This document shows, one piece after another, positions 59,648-64,000 of a stretch of DNA of 64,000 nucleotides. Under the pieces are notes generated by a model. The model did no database searches. It was given only the letters and a program-made list of their open reading frames with translations, and was not told the origin of the DNA. Origin of the DNA: Amphiscolops sp. MND2022 (taxonomy: Eukaryota); contig OZ076419.1 of the NCBI GenBank assembly GCA_964187785.1, positions 51,150,001-51,214,000 of the forward strand. The letters are read 5' to 3'. Positions within the stretch are counted from its first letter, which is position 1. The number at the start of each line of letters is the position of its first letter. Both the position numbers and the translations under genes were made by a program.

Positions 59648-60777
59648 TTAAGTGTCTTTAACAGATGAACTAGAAGGCAATTCGCTATCCGATGGCCGCT
59701 TGACAGGAGAGTTCTTGGTACTGGAGGAAGGAAGACTTTTCGAGCTTTTGGTGCATCTCAGTCCCTTGAATCGTAGCCTTCTAGTGTCTTTTTTCTTCCC
59801 CTTCAATGCAGGCTGTAAAGCAGTCCGAATTTCCGCCCAGTTGAATAAATCCAAGCCGTCCCAGGGACAGTAGGTATCAGTGAAAGCAGTACCACCAAAC
59901 GTAGGCTCAAAAGCAAGGAAACCCTTGATTGATGCAGGAGTGGTAAGAGCTTCGATGCTGCGCCCAACATTTGTGAAGTAAGACTGGACGGGCAAAATTG
60001 AATCCACTAGCTGGCATTTGGGGTCATCGGTACGCACAGACCCAAATTTCACTGTAGGCATGGGGGTATAATCCTGGTCCAAGCAAAGGCAACAGAGTCT
60101 AAATATCCGTGCCAAATGGGGACGCGTCAACAGAGTAACATGGCCCGAAATGAAGGACACTGCGTCAATGATAATGACTCTGGGTTGATCGAGGTCAGGA
60201 AACTCTTTACGGAGCTCATCAAGGAACGATAGGTATTCCTCGGTGTAGATTGACTCGTCGTCAGCTTGACAATACCCTCGTGAATGAAAACTGCGGAAGA
60301 GCTGTTTGAAGCAGTATAAAGCCTGACTCAAGGGAGAACGGAAAATTACATCTAGATCAAAGGCACCCATACCCTTCACGATGTCCGAAGTTAATTGCAA
60401 GTTGCTCTGTGCGGCTTGAAATAAATACGCAACGTAACTGCGGCCCAACCGTCCAAACTCCTCTTTATTGGCTTTTATTAATTTGGGCAAATTGGCTCTA
60501 CTAGCTTTCTTGTCGCTCAGCTCCTTCTCAGCTTTTACTTTGCAGGCAGTATTGAGACGCCGCTCCAGTTTAGATCTAACAATGAAATCGGTCACGGATA
60601 AAGCCTGGGCATCTGAAATTGACACATTGAGAATTCCAGTCAAGTCGGATTCTAATGGCAAACTCTTGGACTTGATACAGCGTCTACCAAGTTTAAACAA
60701 GTACTGGCAAAGTTGGCGGTAGATGTGGAACCCATGGTCACGCCGCTCAACCAGGTGTGGAACGAAACTGGTAGTAT
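59648..60777 (-). CDS. E3 antisense cargo gene exon 5
   Basis: Acceptor ttgcttgtttag|AT (phase 1); in frame with ORF 59648-60700 to the stop. Confidence 0.85.
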
Positions 60778-60847
60778 CTAAACAAGCAAAGTATAAAGTA
60801 AAGTTAGCACTATCGCATGAGCTGACTAGCCATCAAGTCTTACTAAC

Positions 60848-60929
60848 AATCTCTGACTAAGCGATGAAACAATTCTAGTCGGCAAAGGAACATCTCGTCC
60901 TGTATCATGGCCCGCTCCAAGTTTTGGGG
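60848..60929 (-). CDS. E3 antisense cargo gene exon 4
   Basis: tgttgttttag|CCC..GAT T|GTTAGT; reads PQNLERAMIQDEMFLCRLELFHRLVRD; bridges phase 0 to phase 1. Confidence 0.65.
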
Positions 60930-61000
60930 CTAAAACAACAAGTAATACCGTCAAAATGGAGAAGGTTGGACTGAAGGTCATTTCGACGGCAGGAACTTAC

Positions 61001-61135
61001 TTGCTTGCGAACACCCATCATTTCATGCGGAGGAGCATGCGTGTTCAAGTACTCGAGTACTTTAGGCCAATTGGCAAGCAGTTCTTGACACAGAGTTGGG
61101 AGTGTAGCAAGTTCAAGTTGACAAGTGCGCACAGC
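61001..61135 (-). CDS. E3 antisense cargo gene exon 3
   Basis: caattttccag|GCT..AAG CAA|GTAAGT; reads AVRTCQLELATLPTLCQELLANWPKVLEYL. Confidence 0.8.
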
Positions 61136-61208
61136 CTGGAAAATTGAATTTATTGAGCCACATGAAAATTTTAATCCTAGGAATATATCTCTAAAGAAGG
61201 ATTATAAC

Positions 61209-61694
61209 CTTGGCGAGGACAGGGGTCATTAGCGTCCAGTCACAGTCCAGACATCCACCCAAGAAGACAATCAGATACCTCAACACTGAGTGAAAGTCAA
61301 TGCGCCCGAAAACACTATAGCTCTCCCTGTGCATCAGTCGGGCTATAGAGAAGTCCTCGAACCTGAGAGGGCGCTGGAGTCCATATTTGGAGTACGGGGA
61401 ATTATCGACCAACTGTATAGTTTCAAGAGTACTTCCAGAACAGCATACGAGATTTGGACTTGTCGAGAGCGCAGCCATGACATGACTAATCAGGCTCAAT
61501 TCTGCTGAGGACTGGCTTAAAACTCTTCCAGTTCTTTTGAGGTAAACTCGGCACAGTTCGCCATTTCTCCAGAAACGTATGAAGACAAGAAGGAACACCC
61601 CCTGCTTCACAAACTCCAAGGAGTATTCTCCTGAGGCAACCACATGTTCAGCAATGTCGCGTATGACTTGGAGGAAAAGGTGATGGAAGAGTGC
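61209..61694 (-). CDS. E3 antisense cargo gene exon 2
   Basis: attgctttcag|GCA..GCC AAG|GTTATA; reads ALFHHLFLQVIRDIAEHVVASGEYSLEFVKQG..RIDFHSVLRYL. Confidence 0.82.
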
Positions 61695-61787
61695 CTGAAA
61701 GCAATACGAAAATTAAGTGTTGTACCAAGGCATAACTGCACAACTTATGTAGACACAAGGTCAATGGGACCAGAAAAGGTTACTTAC

Positions 61788-63914
61788 CGACAAACGTTCC
61801 TTGCTCCAGTCGAAGTCAGTAAAAAGTGATTGGTGATTCACTATGACGCCGACATCACGCCAGAAGTTTCTGAGGGTACTGATGTCACCGAAACTCCGGA
61901 GATAATTGCCAAGAACTGATATTTGAATCTTAGCACGACTATCGGATGAAGATGCCATGTAGTCCGTCCCACGGATATAATTTTCGTAAAAAGGCAACTT
62001 CTCTCCAATGTCCACTAACGGTTCGTCAATAAAGTGCTCTAACTCTTGCTCAAGCTGATAAGGTGTAAGCAACTTTCCATCTCTCCCTCGGACATGGTGT
62101 CTGACTGTACCGGTAACTGGGTCTTCAACCGAGAGGTGCTCATACCTCCACCGTTGGTCTTTCCGGAGGTGCCGTTCGGATTGATGGTGGCGTAAAATTT
62201 CTCTAGCGCCTCTACCGTAGATCGAAATATTGCCCTTACAGATCTGGCAATAAAATTTGTAAGGGTTCCAGCGAGGGTCTACTGGGCCAGACACAAAAGT
62301 TTTGGTCCACTCCATGCCCTTGAAGTAGGACTCCTTCATTATTTTGCACCCTCTGGGGACTTGATGTTTGCTCGTCCCAACTTTCCGTGCAGGAGTTTTC
62401 CGTGCCTTTTTTGATTTGGCAGGTTTAGTCCTTTCAGCAATGGCTTCTGCTTTCAACCCAGCTAGGGTTTGGGCTCCGGGACTTTCCAACTGGTTAGTTC
62501 GCTCTTGGGACCCTGGGTCACTCCGACTGCATCCAGGTGGTCCTTTTGGAGGAGGAGTAACTGGCTGACTTTCCAAATCAGAATGTTCATAGGAGTAACC
62601 GAGGCTGGAGAAATTATCGTCGCTCCTCAACGCTCCACTAGTATCACTTCCGTGGCCCGACAGCAGGCCCGAACGTGAACCGACACTACTAGCTCTACTC
62701 CCTGGTCTTCGGGTCTTGGTAACGGAATCAGGGGTTGGATGGGAACCTCCAAGACTGAGTCTACTGGCCTGCTGGATTAGGCTCTCCATGGTCTTTAGTG
62801 AAGTTTTGACGGCTTCATCCGCCACGGCTTTCAGGATACTACACACTTGGCCCTCATTTAGTGCTAAAGTCTGATGACCTGCAGGCAAATGCACTGGACT
62901 GGAAGATTCAAAGAATTCCTTGATTAGGGCACGGCTGCTAGCACCCAATCGCGGCTCCTGGGGAGCTGTTTCAGGGAAGTCTACGGAAGTATTGCTGGCG
63001 GAATCGAAGACTCTGAACACATTAGTACTCGCTGGATCGCACAAGGCTTGAGCAACAGTTGACCCGACTGCCCCTTCTGAGTCTTGACCAGTGCTACTGG
63101 AAATCCTAGCAGGGGTTCCTTGTTTGCCTCTGTGTTCGTAACTGGAGGTTTGGACATCATCTGTGAACTCACCTTCACTCTCAGAAACTGACGGACACTC
63201 AGTCCCTTGCGCAGCACCAAACTCTCCTCGTGTCTCATTGATGCTGAGTTTCAGGGTTTTCGCTTCAGGCGGACCGTACCTGGACCGTAGGTTACTCTTC
63301 AACGGTACTTCTGGGGAATCCAGGAAAGCAACTCTAGGATAGGGATCTGTATCCATGTCTTCCAAGCCTGCTTCGCCCTGCTGGGGAGCCAATTCCATTG
63401 TTGCACTTTCACTGAACTTTTCAGAGTTGCCGTCGGATTGACCATGGGTCCCCGCCTCTGAAGAACAGCCCAATTGTCGCCACTTCCTGGCAATATACTC
63501 GCCACAACTCTCATCAGTACTGCTACTCTCAGCTTGTAAAGTGCCGGACATAAAAAGAGGAGTGGTACAAGCTTCGGACGGGGTTTTAGAAGGCCCCCCT
63601 AACTCTTGTTGGGAATTGTTTTGGGCCAAGTTCTCATCTGACACATCCCCCACCGTTGCTTCAGCCTGTGGATTATCGTGGGAAATCTCAACTGCTTCTT
63701 CATGCACAGTGGACCCGGATTCTCCTATGACGGAACCACGGATTGAGGCATTCACAGTAGGCTGATTCTCAGTAGTTGCTATTGCAGTAACAAATGAATC
63801 GTTACTGTCCATCTTTTCATCATCAGCTCCACGCCGGGGAGGTTGGCCATTTGATTCATTGCCTAAACGGAATGAAATAAATAAACGCGGTTCACTTCCA
63901 GAATATGAATCCAT
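61788..63914 (-). CDS. E3 antisense cargo gene exon 1 (disordered N-terminus + BED-type zinc finger); start could be the ATG at 63812
   Basis: 709 open codons ending TCG|GTAAGT; FYCQICKGNISIYGRGAREILRHHQSERH. ATG 63914 sits just after a GTAAG and before a ccgtttag acceptor, so it may be intronic. Confidence 0.88.
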
Positions 63915-64000
63915 CTTACCGCTTCAAATCAAATTCTTCCGGAAGTTCATTTGACACAATGTTCATGCTGACGACAAAACATTTCACGATGGAGGAAGTA

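Larger units (their letters stand above)
51594..64000 (+). mobile_element. E3: apparently intact Gypsy element, running off the right end of the window
   Basis: 5' LTR, PBS, open gag, open pol and an open spliced antisense gene. Confidence 0.95.

Noticed and set aside
59648-63914. DIRS/tyrosine-recombinase or independent autonomous hAT transposon
   Set aside because: No R-H-R-Y tetrad, no DDE residues, no TIRs or 8-bp TSD seen, and the same antisense slot is used in three Gypsy elements.
1-64000. tRNA, rRNA or other structured RNA genes
   Set aside because: None recognised; the only tRNA-related sequences are the short PBS complements.

Overview
AT-rich eukaryotic (metazoan-type) DNA with no prokaryotic features. 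A TRPM-like cation-channel gene lies on the minus strand. Its SLOG-domain exons are at 47884-48097, 45225-45377, 43276-43540 and ~2038-2221, and the last two are separated by a phase-compatible ~41 kb intron filled almost entirely with LTR retrotransposons. Four Ty3/Gypsy elements are present. E0 (~2.7-13.3 kb, +) is decayed, has no recognisable RT and carries an env-like glycoprotein relic. E1 (14757-28861, -) is old and decayed. E2 (28969-43148, +) is young and full length with an ATATC target-site duplication but a broken pol. E3 (51594 to beyond the window end, +) has intact gag and pol. The most striking result is an architecture shared by E1, E2 and E3. Gag starts inside the 1.5-2.2 kb LTR, so the PBS is translated as MVTG. 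Downstream of pol there is an antisense, intron-containing gene for a BED-zinc-finger protein with a hAT-transposase-like layout that lacks the catalytic residues; it is intact in E3 as 5 exons and 1319 codons. In E2 a further sense ORF runs into the 3' LTR. Helentron/DINE-1-like non-autonomous repeats and a local templated duplication are also present. All family assignments come from motif reading by eye, not from database searches.
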